DNA of 64,000 nucleotides from contig JBFMAF010000037.1 of NCBI GenBank assembly GCA_040755995.1, positions 192,001-256,000 on the forward strand, read 5' to 3'. The position numbers and the translations under genes are program-made. A model generated the notes under the pieces. The model did not search any database, was not told where the DNA came from, and was given only the letters and a program-made list of their open reading frames with translations. This DNA is from Acidobacteriota bacterium (lineage in GTDB: Bacteria > Acidobacteriota > CAIWXX01). This document shows positions 1 to 9,900 of the stretch, one piece after another (the stretch's first letter is position 1; each line of letters starts with the position of its first letter).

Positions 1-191
1 CCTTCGTCGAGCTCCTCGTCGGCGATCGTGAGAGGCATCAGAGTGCGGATGACGTTTCCGTAGGTGCCCGCCGTGATCGTGACAGTATGGGTAGGGCATC
101 CGGTAGATCTCCGGTGCGAACGGCCCGAAGCCCTCCTTGTACGGCGCCACCTTGCTCGTAAGGCTCATCGCCATCGCCAGCAGCGTGCGGC
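1..191 (-). pseudogene. Internally deleted duplicate fragment of the neighbouring gabT gene
   Basis: 1-82 is identical to 1731-1812. 82-191 matches 2462-2565 except for one substitution (121) and a 6-bp duplication (174-179). The 650-bp deletion shifts the frame. May extend left of the window. Confidence 0.85.
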
Positions 192-450
192 GCGGGACGA
201 GCGTTGCAGTATATAATGATGCGCTGGTTGAGAATCGGTTGAGAATCGAATGTATGATGCGCCTCAGCTCTCCACTGGCCGCAGACGCGGGTCTGTGAAG
301 GCTTGATGAAACAGGAAGCGTGGCCTCGGTTGGCAGTCTTCGGCGCGGGAGCAGCCGGCTGCTATTCTGGCGGTGTGTTGGCCCGGGCGGGTGCGCCCGT
401 TCGCCTGCCCTCGCCCGAAACGACGGCCCGAAGGCTGAAAGGGGATTCCC

Positions 451-1356
451 ATGCCATTTAGAGGTGCCGTGGCAACGGCGTTCGTCCGGCGAACCCTTCT
501 CGCGGGAATGTTGCTTCTTCCATGCTCGTGCGCGAGCCCGGACCGGGCCTGGCGCGAGGCTGAAGCCAAGTGTACGCGCGAGGCGTACGAGGAATTCATC
601 GTGCGCTTCCCGGATCACTCGCTCGTCGCGCAAGCGCGCGAGAGACTGGCTGCACTTGACTGGGAGGTCGCGAAGCAGAAGAACACGCGCGACGCCTACA
701 AGGCGTTCGCGGCACGCTACCCAAGGGATGGCCGCGTGGCAGAGGCCAGGGCTCGGATGGAGAGTCTGGGATGGGAGGCAGCCAGAGCACAAGGATCCGT
801 CGATGCCTTTCAGCTTTTCCTGCGGGACTTTCCCGAACCTTCCAACGCCTTTCGGCCCGGGACGGCTTTCGACATGGGCCAGGGAGTGGCGCTGACCCGG
901 CTGGATGTCGGCGCATGGAGCGCGGATAAGAAGCGACCCGCAAACGAATCGGAATTCCAACACTGGAAGAGCGGCGCGGGCTTCACCATGACCATCAGCC
1001 GCTTCATCCCCACGCCGGAGAAGGGGCGGAGATGCGTGGACCTGATTCTCTGGTTTGAGCAGACAGAGGACAAGGGTGGTGACTACTGGTTTGAGATGGA
1101 GGAGGAGCGAGGATTTGCACCCACGCTCGTGTTCGCCAATGCGCCACCCTCCGACTTGGGCGCCTTCATCATCCCGGGTCTGCCATTTGCCGGGGACACG
1201 ATGGTCACGAGCTCCAAGGGGAAGCTGGGCCTCGGACTGAAGAAGGGAACCAAGAGCTGGGCACAGCTGGTGTTCGAGGTGCCTGACGATGAGCGCGCGG
1301 CCGTCCTATTGTTCGGCCGAACTCCCGTGGTCTTTTCTCTGCCCGGAACCACCTGA
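451..1356 (+). CDS. Putative lipoprotein with three W-x2-A-x3-T/S-x2-AY/F-x2-F-x3-F/YP helical repeats and an unknown C-terminal domain
   Basis: Basic then hydrophobic N-terminus ending LLLPCSC; three ~37-aa repeats (WREAEAKCTREAYEEFIVRFP, WEVAKQKNTRDAYKAFAARYP, WEAARAQGSVDAFQLFLRDFP). Confidence 0.7.
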   Translation: MPFRGAVATAFVRRTLLAGMLLLPCSCASPDRAWREAEAKCTREAYEEFIVRFPDHSLVAQARERLAALDWEVAKQKNTRDAYKAFAARYPRDGRVAEARARMESLGWEAARAQGSVDAFQLFLRDFPEPSNAFRPGTAFDMGQGVALTRLDVGAWSADKKRPANESEFQHWKSGAGFTMTISRFIPTPEKGRRCVDLILWFEQTEDKGGDYWFEMEEERGFAPTLVFANAPPSDLGAFIIPGLPFAGDTMVTSSKGKLGLGLKKGTKSWAQLVFEVPDDERAAVLLFGRTPVVFSLPGTT

Positions 1357-1672
1357 GCGCCGGCCTGGGGTTGCGGTGCGTCGGATCCGAGTTTGTGATG
1401 CTGGGCTGGAAGACACCTCGCGATCACCATTCCTCCGCCCATCTCAGTCCTCTCCCAGTTGAGGTATCGGAGGAGGTGCCTGTTCGCGCTCAAGTCTCTA
1501 CAACGACTCATGTGACCTGTTGCAAGCATTCTGTCCGGCCGCATCCCGCGGCTGGGTACGTGGCGAGGGCTCAGGCCTTGCGCGGCCGAATGGCCGCAGA
1601 TGCAAGGGCTGAGGCTATGCCCGCGAATGCGGCGCGTCAGACGCCGTGCCGGCATGGTCAATCTGTTGTGGA

Positions 1673-3016
1673 CTACTTACTCGCCGTATGGCTGCGTGAG
1701 TGCGCCAGGCCGGCCTCCATGATAGCCAGTCCTTCGTCGAGCTCCTCGTCGGCGATCGTGAGAGGCATCAGAGTGCGGATGACGTTTCCGTAGGTGCCCG
1801 CCGTGATCGTGATCAGGCCGTGTTCATAGCAGAACCTGGTGAAGTTAGACGCGGCATCCCGGGCGGGTTCCTTGGTCTCGCGGTTCGCGACGAGCTCCAG
1901 AGCAGCCATGGGGCCGAGGCCCCTGGCGTCGCCTACCAGCGGATACCGCGCCTTGAAATCGTCGAACCGGGCCTTCAGGCGGCGTCCGAGGTCTTGCGCC
2001 CTGGGCAGGGTTTTCCCGAGCAGCTCGAGAACGGCAAGCGCCGCGGCGCACGCGACCGGGTTGCCTCCGAAGGTGCCTCCGATTCCGCCCTCCTTCGCCG
2101 AGTCCATGACGTCCGCGCGGCCAGTTATCGACGAAAGCGGGAGGCCTCCGGCCAGGGACTTGGCGGTGACCACGATGTCGGGCTCGAGGCCGAGTGCCGG
2201 CGACGCAAACATTTCACCGGTCCTGCCCATCCCGCACTGTACCTCGTCCGCGATGATCAGGATTCCTCTCTGGCGGCAGGCGTCCTGCAAGATCGGGAAG
2301 AAGCCGGCCGGCGGAACGACGAAGCCGCCTTCGCCCAGAACGGGCTCGACGATGACCGCCGCCACCTTGCTCGCCTCGACGTACCGTTTGAAGAAGTCGT
2401 CGATAGCCTTCGCGCAGTGGACACCGCACGTGGCGCCTTCGAGTCCGTACGGACAGCGGTAACAGTATGGGTAGGGCATCCGGTAGATCTCCGGTGCGAA
2501 AGGCCCGAAGCCCTCCTTGTACGGCGCCACCTTGCTCGTAAGGCTCATCGCCAGCAGCGTGCGGCCGTGGAAGGCGTCGGTGAAGCAGACCAGGGCAGGC
2601 CGCCCGGTATGAGCTCGTGCGACTTTGATCGCGTTCTCCACAGCCTCCGCTCCGCTGTTTGCGAAAAACGTCTTCTTCTCGAACTTCCCGGGTGTCAGGT
2701 CGTTGAGCCTCTCGGCCAGCGCCACGTAAGGTTCGTTCTGAGTCACGCTGAAACAGGTATGGACGAACCTCGCCAGCTGATCCTCCGCGGCTGCGATGAC
2801 CGCCGGCTGGGCGTGGCCAACGTTGGTGCAGCCGATCCCGCCCGCGAAATCTATATAGACGTTGCCGTCGACGTCCTCGATCAGCGCCCCTTCGCTCTTT
2901 GCCGTGAAGATCGGCGCTACATTGTAAACTCCACGCGGCACAGCCTTCTGCCGACGCGCGAGCAGCGCGATCGAGTTCGGGCCCGGTATCTCGGTTCGGA
3001 TTCGTACCACGCTCAT
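1673..3016 (-). CDS. gabT: 4-aminobutyrate aminotransferase (class III PLP aminotransferase)
   Basis: IDFAGGIG, NSGAEAVENAIK, AFHGRT, EPVLGEGGF, DEVQCGMGRTG, AKSLAGG and GGTFGGNP motifs; AAGGAGGT RBS before the ATG at 3016. Confidence 0.9.
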   Translation of the reverse strand: MSVVRIRTEIPGPNSIALLARRQKAVPRGVYNVAPIFTAKSEGALIEDVDGNVYIDFAGGIGCTNVGHAQPAVIAAAEDQLARFVHTCFSVTQNEPYVALAERLNDLTPGKFEKKTFFANSGAEAVENAIKVARAHTGRPALVCFTDAFHGRTLLAMSLTSKVAPYKEGFGPFAPEIYRMPYPYCYRCPYGLEGATCGVHCAKAIDDFFKRYVEASKVAAVIVEPVLGEGGFVVPPAGFFPILQDACRQRGILIIADEVQCGMGRTGEMFASPALGLEPDIVVTAKSLAGGLPLSSITGRADVMDSAKEGGIGGTFGGNPVACAAALAVLELLGKTLPRAQDLGRRLKARFDDFKARYPLVGDARGLGPMAALELVANRETKEPARDAASNFTRFCYEHGLITITAGTYGNVIRTLMPLTIADEELDEGLAIMEAGLAHSRSHTASK

Positions 3017-3305
3017 CTCTACCTCCTTCACCTGAAGCGTTGACTCCGCGCCCGGAGCGCCCCGCCGGGACTACAACAGCACGAGAGTCTAGGCAGCCGG
3101 CGAACATGAGTCAAGCTCGGCTTCACCGAGGCACCGAGGCGCGAATCTGGGGAAGGACCTGGTCGCCGCTGCCGAGTCGTACCCGATGCATGCTTGTCGG
3201 GTACCCGAGCGAGTACGGGCACTGTCCGTGAGCCCCTGACCACGCTTGACCCCGGCTCGACGGATGGTGGAGAATCGCACGAGGATCTGCACAGAGGGAG
3301 AACGT

Positions 3306-4763
3306 ATGGCGAACATGTGGATTGTGGGAGAAGAGAGGCAGGCGGTTTCTGGAGAGACATTCCGCGTTGTGAATCCGGCGACCGAGGAGATCCTCGGCAC
3401 TGTGCCGCGAGCTGGCGCGGCGGATGTGCGTCTGGCTTGTGACGCCGCGGCCGCGGCGTTTGACGACTGGCGCTTTGTTCCCGGAATCGAGAAGGCGGCG
3501 CTTCTCCATGGATCGGCGAGGTGGATGAGGGATCACCACGAGGAGCTGGCTACGCTGCTCACGAAGGAGGGCGGCAAGCCGCTTTGCGAGAACCGCGACG
3601 AGATCGAGTGGGTGGCCGCCGTGTTCGACTACTACGCCGAGGTGGGCCGGGACTGCGTCGGGCGCGTAATCGCGCCGACGCAGCGCGACCAGTTCAACAT
3701 GGTCGTCAAGGAACCGTACGGTGTGGTCGCCTGCATCGTGCCCTGGAACTACCCGCTGCTCCTCCTTGCATGGAAGATGGCCCCCGCCCTGGCCGCGGGC
3801 AACACCCTGGTGATCAAGCCTTCCGAGCTCACTCCGCTCTCGACGCTGCTGCTGATGCGCGCGTTCGACGGGTATCGACCGGGCGTGGTGAACGTCGTGA
3901 CCGGCTACGGGAAGGAAGCCGGCGAAGCGCTCGTTTCCGACGAGCGCGTCCGAGTAATCGCTTTCACGGGAAGTGTAGCCACTGGCAAGCGCATCGCGGC
4001 GCTTGCAGCAGACGGATTGAAGAAGACCAACCTCGAGCTCGGCGGCAACGATCCGTTCATAATCTGCGACGACGTGGACCTCGACGTAGCGGCGCGCGGC
4101 GCAGCCTGGGCGGCCTTTCTCAACATGGGGCAGGTCTGCACCTCAGCGGAGCGCATCTACATCTTCCGCTCGGTTCACGACGCATTCCTGGACAAACTGG
4201 TCGATTTCACGAGGCGGCTGCGACTCGGCAATCCACTCGACGCGGGCGTGGACCTGGGGCCGATGATTTCGGATGAACAGAGGCAGAAGGTCGAACGGAA
4301 GATCGCCCAGGCTGCGTCCATGGGCGCGCGCTGTCTCACGGGCGGCGAGCGGCCGGCGGAGAGGCCGAAGGGGTTCTTTCTGGAGCCGGCGGTCGTCGAC
4401 AGAGTCGACCACCGCATGGAACTTATGCGTGAGGAAGTATTCGGGCCCGTAGCACCCGTGATGGCAGTCGACGGCATCGACGAGGCGATACGCCTGGCCA
4501 ACGACAGCCGTTACGGCCTTGGGGCCAACATCTACACCAACAACTTCGAGCATGCCATGCGTGCCATGCAGGAGATCAAGGCCGGTACGTTCTGGATCAA
4601 CGACCCGCTCACGGACAACGACGCGGGCCCGTTCGGCGGCATGCGCCAGAGCGGCATTGGGCGCGAGCTGGGTGTCGAGGGTATCGAGGAGTTCCGAGAG
4701 ACGAAACACGTGCACATGGACTACAAGGTCGGCCCGAAGCCGTACTGGTTCCCGTACCGGTAG
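3306..4763 (+). CDS. Aldehyde dehydrogenase family protein (possibly an aminoaldehyde dehydrogenase)
   Basis: PWNYP, KPSELTP, FTGS, LELGGND, catalytic GQVCTS, EEVFGPV and PFGGMRQSGIGRE; divergent from gabT. Confidence 0.9.
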   Translation: MANMWIVGEERQAVSGETFRVVNPATEEILGTVPRAGAADVRLACDAAAAAFDDWRFVPGIEKAALLHGSARWMRDHHEELATLLTKEGGKPLCENRDEIEWVAAVFDYYAEVGRDCVGRVIAPTQRDQFNMVVKEPYGVVACIVPWNYPLLLLAWKMAPALAAGNTLVIKPSELTPLSTLLLMRAFDGYRPGVVNVVTGYGKEAGEALVSDERVRVIAFTGSVATGKRIAALAADGLKKTNLELGGNDPFIICDDVDLDVAARGAAWAAFLNMGQVCTSAERIYIFRSVHDAFLDKLVDFTRRLRLGNPLDAGVDLGPMISDEQRQKVERKIAQAASMGARCLTGGERPAERPKGFFLEPAVVDRVDHRMELMREEVFGPVAPVMAVDGIDEAIRLANDSRYGLGANIYTNNFEHAMRAMQEIKAGTFWINDPLTDNDAGPFGGMRQSGIGRELGVEGIEEFRETKHVHMDYKVGPKPYWFPYR

Positions 4764-4891
4764 ATCCATGCGCTGCAGCAGCGGGATCGGGCGCAGGTCC
4801 ACGATCGCGCGAAAGGAGAAGGATCGATGAGGATCGCCGAACAACTGAGATTGGATGGTCGCATTGAGGCAATGGTGCAGGGAGGGCTCTC

Positions 4892-6250
4892 ATGAAAGCG
4901 ATCAATCCGGCAACAGGGGAGCTGATCAGGGAGTACGCCGAGCACTCCAGCGGAGAGGTCGAGAGCCGCCTGCGGCGGGCCGAGGAGGCATTCCACCATT
5001 GGAAGCGGACGGCCTTTTCGGAGCGCGCGGCACTGATGAGGGACGCGGCCGCCATACTCCGCGAGGGGCTCGCCGCCTACGCTCGTCTGATGACAGACGA
5101 GATGGGGAAACCGATCACGGCGGCGGAAGCCGAGGCCGAGAAATGCGCTTCGGCGTGCGACTATTTCGCGGAGAACGCCGAACGACTCCTGGCGCCCGAG
5201 ACGATCGCCTCGGATGCGTCGCTGAGCTACGTCCGCTACGATCCGCTCGGTCCGATCCTGGCCGTCATGCCCTGGAACTTCCCTTTCTGGCAGGTCTTCC
5301 GGTTTGCCGCGCCGGGATTGATGGCCGGCAACGTCGGGCTTCTGAAGCACGCCTCGAACGTGCCCGGGTGCGCGCTCGCCATCGAGGAAATCTTTCGGAA
5401 GGCCGGCTTTCCAGACGGTGCTTTCACAACGCTGCTGGTGCCGTCTTCGGCGGTTGCCGAGATCATCCGCCACCCGGTCGTGCGAGCAGTCACGCTCACC
5501 GGGAGCGAGCCCGCGGGTGTCTCGGTTGCATCCGAAGCGGGCTCCGTTCTGAAGAAGACCGTGTTGGAGCTCGGCGGCTCCGACCCGTTCATCGTGCTTG
5601 CCGACGCCGACCCGGAGCAGATAGCCGTCACGGCCGCCGGCGCGCGCTGCATCAACAACGGCCAGAGCTGCATAGCCGCGAAGCGCTTCATAGTGGAGGA
5701 GCCCATTGCCGGCCGTTTCGAAGCCGCGATGGCGAAGAGCATGGCGGCCCTCAAGGTGGGCGACCCGGCTGATCGAACAACCCAAATCGGACCGCTGGCT
5801 CGTCCGGACCTCGTCGACGACCTCCACAGCCAGGTAGAACGCTCGGTTAGGGCCGGCGCCCGGCTCCTGACCGGCGGCAGAATGCTCGACCGGAAGGGAT
5901 ACTACTACGAGCCGACGGTGCTGGCGGGTGTCGAGCCCGGCATGCCCGCATTCGACGAAGAGACCTTCGGCCCCGTTGCCGCCGTCATACGCGCAAAGGA
6001 CGTCGACCACGCCGTGGCTCTCGCGAATCGATCCAGCTTTGGTCTCGGCGCCAGCATCTGGACCGGCGACGCCAAACGCGGGGACTCCCTCGCGCCCCAA
6101 ATCGAAGCCGGCTGCGTGTTCGTCAACGGAATCGTCAAGTCCGATCCCAGGCTCCCGTTCGGCGGCATCAAGCGGTCGGGCTACGGCCGCGAGCTCTCGA
6201 CCTTCGGCATCCGCGAGTTCGTCAACATCAAGACGGTGTGGGTCAAATAG
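4892..6250 (+). CDS. NAD(P)-dependent succinate-semialdehyde dehydrogenase (Sad/GabD1 type)
   Basis: AVMPWNFPFWQVFRF, LKHASNVP, ELGGSDPF, NNGQSCIAAKRF, EETFGPVA and SDPRLPFGGIKRSGYGRELS. Confidence 0.88.
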   Translation: MKAINPATGELIREYAEHSSGEVESRLRRAEEAFHHWKRTAFSERAALMRDAAAILREGLAAYARLMTDEMGKPITAAEAEAEKCASACDYFAENAERLLAPETIASDASLSYVRYDPLGPILAVMPWNFPFWQVFRFAAPGLMAGNVGLLKHASNVPGCALAIEEIFRKAGFPDGAFTTLLVPSSAVAEIIRHPVVRAVTLTGSEPAGVSVASEAGSVLKKTVLELGGSDPFIVLADADPEQIAVTAAGARCINNGQSCIAAKRFIVEEPIAGRFEAAMAKSMAALKVGDPADRTTQIGPLARPDLVDDLHSQVERSVRAGARLLTGGRMLDRKGYYYEPTVLAGVEPGMPAFDEETFGPVAAVIRAKDVDHAVALANRSSFGLGASIWTGDAKRGDSLAPQIEAGCVFVNGIVKSDPRLPFGGIKRSGYGRELSTFGIREFVNIKTVWVK

Positions 6251-6264
6251 ACAAGCTGTAGGCG

Positions 6265-6306
6265 CTGCTGCTGGGCGGAGGAAGGCGGTCGGACACCCAG
6301 CAGCAG
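6265..6306 (+). terminator. GC-rich inverted repeat after the SSADH gene
   Basis: ctgctgctggg (6265-6275) pairs with cccagcagcag (6296-6306); no U-tract. Confidence 0.4.
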
Positions 6307-6417
6307 TCGAGTAAACGCCTCGCTCACGCGGCTGTCCTCGCGAATACAGCGCGTCTCGCAGCGCCTCGACTGGTCGGATCTGTTGTGGACTCATGACGCG
6401 CTGTATAGAATGGCGTC

Positions 6418-7149
6418 ATGCGATCGCTCTACGCGATTCCGATCCTCATCCTCAACACCGTCGTCATGGGCTGTCTGTCCATGCTGGCGCTCCTGATCGA
6501 TCGTTCGGGCCGGCTTTCGCACCTGGTCGCGCGATACTGGTCGCGTTGCATACTGTACACGTGCGGAGTGCGCGTGAGGCTGCACGGGACGGTCTCCTCG
6601 GACCCCAAGGCGGCCTACATCGTAATGTCGAATCACCAGGGCATCCTGGACATCCCGTTGCTGTTCGCCTACCTGCCTCTGCAGTTTCGGATCATGGCCA
6701 AGCGTTCGCTGTTCCTGATCCCGTTTCTCGGATGGCACCTGTATCTATCCGGGCACATCCCGATCAATCGGAGGAGCATGAGGCAGAGTGCCAAGGCGCT
6801 GCTCAGGGCGGCCGGAAAGGTGAAGCGTGGGACCTCCATCGTGCTCTTCCCGGAAGGCACTCGCAGCCGGGATGGGCAGCCGGGGCAGTTCAAGCTGGGC
6901 GGGTTCCGGCTGGCCCAGGAGCACGAGCTCCCCATTCTGCCGGTGACGATCGACGGGAGCCTGCCGATTCTCCCAAAGGGCTCCGCATGGATTCGCAGCG
7001 CTCCTCCGGTCAACCTCACATTCCACCCGCCCGTGACCGCCGGTGGCTTGGCGGATCGCGCCGAGCTGGTCGAGAAGGTGCGATCGGCCATCGTCGGGGC
7101 GCTTCCGGGAGTCAAAGAGGCCAGCCCCCAGGCTGCAATGGCTGACTGA
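6418..7149 (+). CDS. plsC: 1-acyl-sn-glycerol-3-phosphate acyltransferase
   Basis: NHQGILD (NHxxxxD) and FPEGTRS motifs; N-terminal TM segment. Confidence 0.85.
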   Translation: MRSLYAIPILILNTVVMGCLSMLALLIDRSGRLSHLVARYWSRCILYTCGVRVRLHGTVSSDPKAAYIVMSNHQGILDIPLLFAYLPLQFRIMAKRSLFLIPFLGWHLYLSGHIPINRRSMRQSAKALLRAAGKVKRGTSIVLFPEGTRSRDGQPGQFKLGGFRLAQEHELPILPVTIDGSLPILPKGSAWIRSAPPVNLTFHPPVTAGGLADRAELVEKVRSAIVGALPGVKEASPQAAMAD

Positions 7150-7205
7150 TCGCACCGGCGAGATTCGAGCGTCGGAGCGTCTGCAGGTCGCTGGCGCCGC
7201 GAAAC

Positions 7206-7225
7206 ATTACTACATATGTAGTAAT
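7206..7225. promoter_or_regulatory. Perfect 20-bp palindrome, probable transcription factor site upstream of the HtrA-like gene
   Basis: ATTACTACATATGTAGTAAT is its own reverse complement; AT-rich in a GC-rich background. Confidence 0.6.
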
Positions 7226-7451
7226 CCAGCGGCCGGGCGGCGCCGCGCACAGGTCGGAAGTCAATCGAAAGAGCGAGACCTGCCGCTCTGGCAAAGTGTG
7301 GCGGGACCGGCTATGGTGAGTGTATGAGACGGAACGCAGGAGATCGCACGGGCAAGGCAGCGCCGCCGGGGTACGCGGCTGCTCCGGGCGCGCCCGCGCG
7401 ACGCGCCTCGCGCGGTACAGCATCCGCTGCTCAGGCGGGCCGGGGTGAATC

Positions 7452-8357
7452 GTGAGCCTGCTCGCGCAGTTCTCGCAGGACCTGGAGGCGCTGGTGGCAC
7501 AGACGTCGCCGGCGGTCGTGAGTGTAGAGACGCCGTCGGGCCAGGGATCCGGCGTCGTGCTGGCGCAGGACGGCTACATCCTGTCGAACGCTCACGTGGT
7601 GCCGAGGTCCGGAGGGCTCAGCATCGGTCTCTCGGATGGCAGCCACTTGAAAGGTGATGTGGTCGGCGTTGACGAGCGCACCGACATCGGGGTGGTGCGC
7701 GTCGATGCACACGACCTGCCGAGTCTGGCCGTTGCAGACAGCCGGCGCCTGCGCGTCGGCCAGGTAGTAGTCGCGATAGGGAATCCGCTGCGGTTCGAGC
7801 GCTCCGTAAGCCTGGGCGTCGTGAGCGCGCTGGACCGCAGCCTGCCTGGCCCGAAGGGCACGCTCTTCGAAGGCCTGATCCAGACGGATGCAGCGATCAA
7901 CCCGGGCAACTCGGGCGGCCCCTTGGTAGATTCCGAGGGGACCGTGGTGGGCATCAACACGGCCATTATTCCGTTCGCGCAAGGTCTGGGCTTCGCGATT
8001 CCGGCGCACACGGCGAGCTGGGTGGCGGCGGTGCTGATCCAGGCTGGAGAGGTCCGGCGGCCGTACCTCGGTGTGGCGGCCAGGGGTGTGGACCTATCCG
8101 TCTCCACGGCGCGCGCGGCGGGCCAGGTGCGGGCTGTGCGCGTCTTCGGCGTCAACGCGTCTACACCGGCTCACGAGGCCGGCCTGCGCGAAGGCGACCT
8201 GCTGCTCTCGGCCAACGGGAACCCGCTGGCCAGCGTCGACGACCTGCAGCGCACTCTGGTGCTCGGCCGCGCGGAGGAGCTCCGGCTGGTGCTCCTTCGC
8301 AACCACCAGCGCCTCGAAATCGTCCTGCGTCCGGCAGCGCACGCAGCCGCCGCCTGA
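7452..8357 (+). CDS. S1C (HtrA/DegP-like) serine protease with one PDZ domain and no signal peptide
   Basis: GSGVV, LSNAHVV, TDIGVV, IQTDAAINPGNSGGPL and RPYLGV PDZ entry. Confidence 0.9.
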   Translation: MSLLAQFSQDLEALVAQTSPAVVSVETPSGQGSGVVLAQDGYILSNAHVVPRSGGLSIGLSDGSHLKGDVVGVDERTDIGVVRVDAHDLPSLAVADSRRLRVGQVVVAIGNPLRFERSVSLGVVSALDRSLPGPKGTLFEGLIQTDAAINPGNSGGPLVDSEGTVVGINTAIIPFAQGLGFAIPAHTASWVAAVLIQAGEVRRPYLGVAARGVDLSVSTARAAGQVRAVRVFGVNASTPAHEAGLREGDLLLSANGNPLASVDDLQRTLVLGRAEELRLVLLRNHQRLEIVLRPAAHAAAA

Positions 8358-8451
8358 GACGCCCGTCCGCGTTCTCACACAAGCAGATTGACGCCTCCCG
8401 CCGCCATCGAAACGTCTGTTGCCTGCGCGCCCGTTGCGATAATATACCCGC

Positions 8452-9900
8452 GTGAGATCAGCCACCGCGGCCGTCGCGCTTCTAGGTCTGTTGGCCCTGG
8501 CCGCCGCGATCTTCGCTCTGGACCGGCTGCAGATCGTGCCCTGGGAGTACGTCCTGGGAATCCTCGCCGCGGCGGCTGTCTGCGCGGCTGTCATTTACGG
8601 GCTGGTGAAGGCGCTCGGCGTGACGCTCGCGAGGGCGCCGGCCCGCATCCCGAGGGAGAGGACCTTTTCGGTCCACTCGCCTGAGCGATTCAAGTCGGTC
8701 ATCGATGCATACAACAGCAGCTCCTCGACGGATGTGCCAGAGATGGTGGACTACGTCGTTCACCAGGCCGCCGGGTTGAACGCTTCGGACATTCATCTCG
8801 TTCCGTATCGCGACTTCCTGTCGGTGCGATACAGGATCGACGGAATCCTCACGGACATGGCCCATGTGGCTCCGCACCTGCGGGAATCCGTGACGAACCG
8901 GCTGAAGGTGCTCTCCGAGGTCGTGACCTACGTCCACGACAAGCCGCAAGACGGCCGATTTGGCGTAGACGTCGGGGGCCGCCGAATGGACATCCGAATC
9001 GCATTCATGCCGACGTTGCACGGCGAGCGCGTTGTGATGAGAATCCTGGACCGGGCCGAGGTGGAATTCGGGCTGGTCAACCTCGGTTTCACCGGCACCC
9101 AGCTCGACATTTTTGGCGAGATCATCTCCCGGCCCCAGGGCATGGTGATCCTCACGGGCCCGACCGGCTCGGGAAAAACCACTACCATCTACTGCGCGCT
9201 TAGAACGATCCTCACCAGAAACCAGATGGCCTGCTCGATCTACACACTGGAGGACCCGATCGAGTACGATCTGTTGAACATCAATCAGACCCAGATCGAC
9301 GAAGCGCAGGGATTCACCTTCGAACAGGGGCTGAAGACCATGCTTCGCCAGGACCCCGATGTCATCATGGTGGGCGAGATCAGGGATATCGAGACCGCAC
9401 GGATCGCCATCCAGGCCGGTATGACCGGACACCTGATCATAACGACTGTGCACGCGAAGGGCGCGGCAGGCGTATTCATGCGGCTCGTCGAGATGGGACT
9501 CGACCCGCACTCCGTGGCATCGGCCGTGACCGCAGTCGTGTCGCAGCGGCTGGTCCGAGTGCTCTGCCCGCACTGCAAGCGTGTCGAGCCGGCAACGCCC
9601 GGCCAGGAGGCGAAGCTGGGCCGCAACCTCGCCGGTGTTGAGTTCTACGGTCCTGCGGGCTGTCCCAAGTGCGGAATGAAAGGGTACCTGGGTCGCCACG
9701 GCGTGTTCGAAATCCTGGCGGTGAATGAACCCGTGCGCAAGCTGATCGTCGAGCGTGCATCTTCCGAGCGGATCCACCGCGAGTTCCTCGACCACGGAGT
9801 GCGCACCCTGCTCGAAAACGGAATCGATCTGGCCAGGCGGGGAGAAACATCGCTGGACGAAATCATCCGGACACTGCCTCTGAGGAGCGAATTCGATTGA
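8452..9900 (+). CDS. GspE/PilB-family secretion ATPase with two N-terminal hydrophobic helices
   Basis: ASDIH, RYRIDG, PQDGR, Walker A GPTGSGKTTT, EDPIEY, RQDPDVIMVGEIRD, TGH..TTVH, and tetracysteine CPHC...CPKC. Confidence 0.9.
   Translation: MRSATAAVALLGLLALAAAIFALDRLQIVPWEYVLGILAAAAVCAAVIYGLVKALGVTLARAPARIPRERTFSVHSPERFKSVIDAYNSSSSTDVPEMVDYVVHQAAGLNASDIHLVPYRDFLSVRYRIDGILTDMAHVAPHLRESVTNRLKVLSEVVTYVHDKPQDGRFGVDVGGRRMDIRIAFMPTLHGERVVMRILDRAEVEFGLVNLGFTGTQLDIFGEIISRPQGMVILTGPTGSGKTTTIYCALRTILTRNQMACSIYTLEDPIEYDLLNINQTQIDEAQGFTFEQGLKTMLRQDPDVIMVGEIRDIETARIAIQAGMTGHLIITTVHAKGAAGVFMRLVEMGLDPHSVASAVTAVVSQRLVRVLCPHCKRVEPATPGQEAKLGRNLAGVEFYGPAGCPKCGMKGYLGRHGVFEILAVNEPVRKLIVERASSERIHREFLDHGVRTLLENGIDLARRGETSLDEIIRTLPLRSEFD

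Noticed and set aside
1357..1672. Possible gene or fragment between the lipoprotein and gabT
   Set aside because: No recognisable motif, RBS or coherent ORF.
1700..3043. Long antisense or alternative-frame ORFs (e.g. 1700-3043, 4721-6394, 13163-14986, 34441-35826, 42967-44124)
   Set aside because: They shadow well-supported genes, lack motifs and are expected in high-GC DNA.
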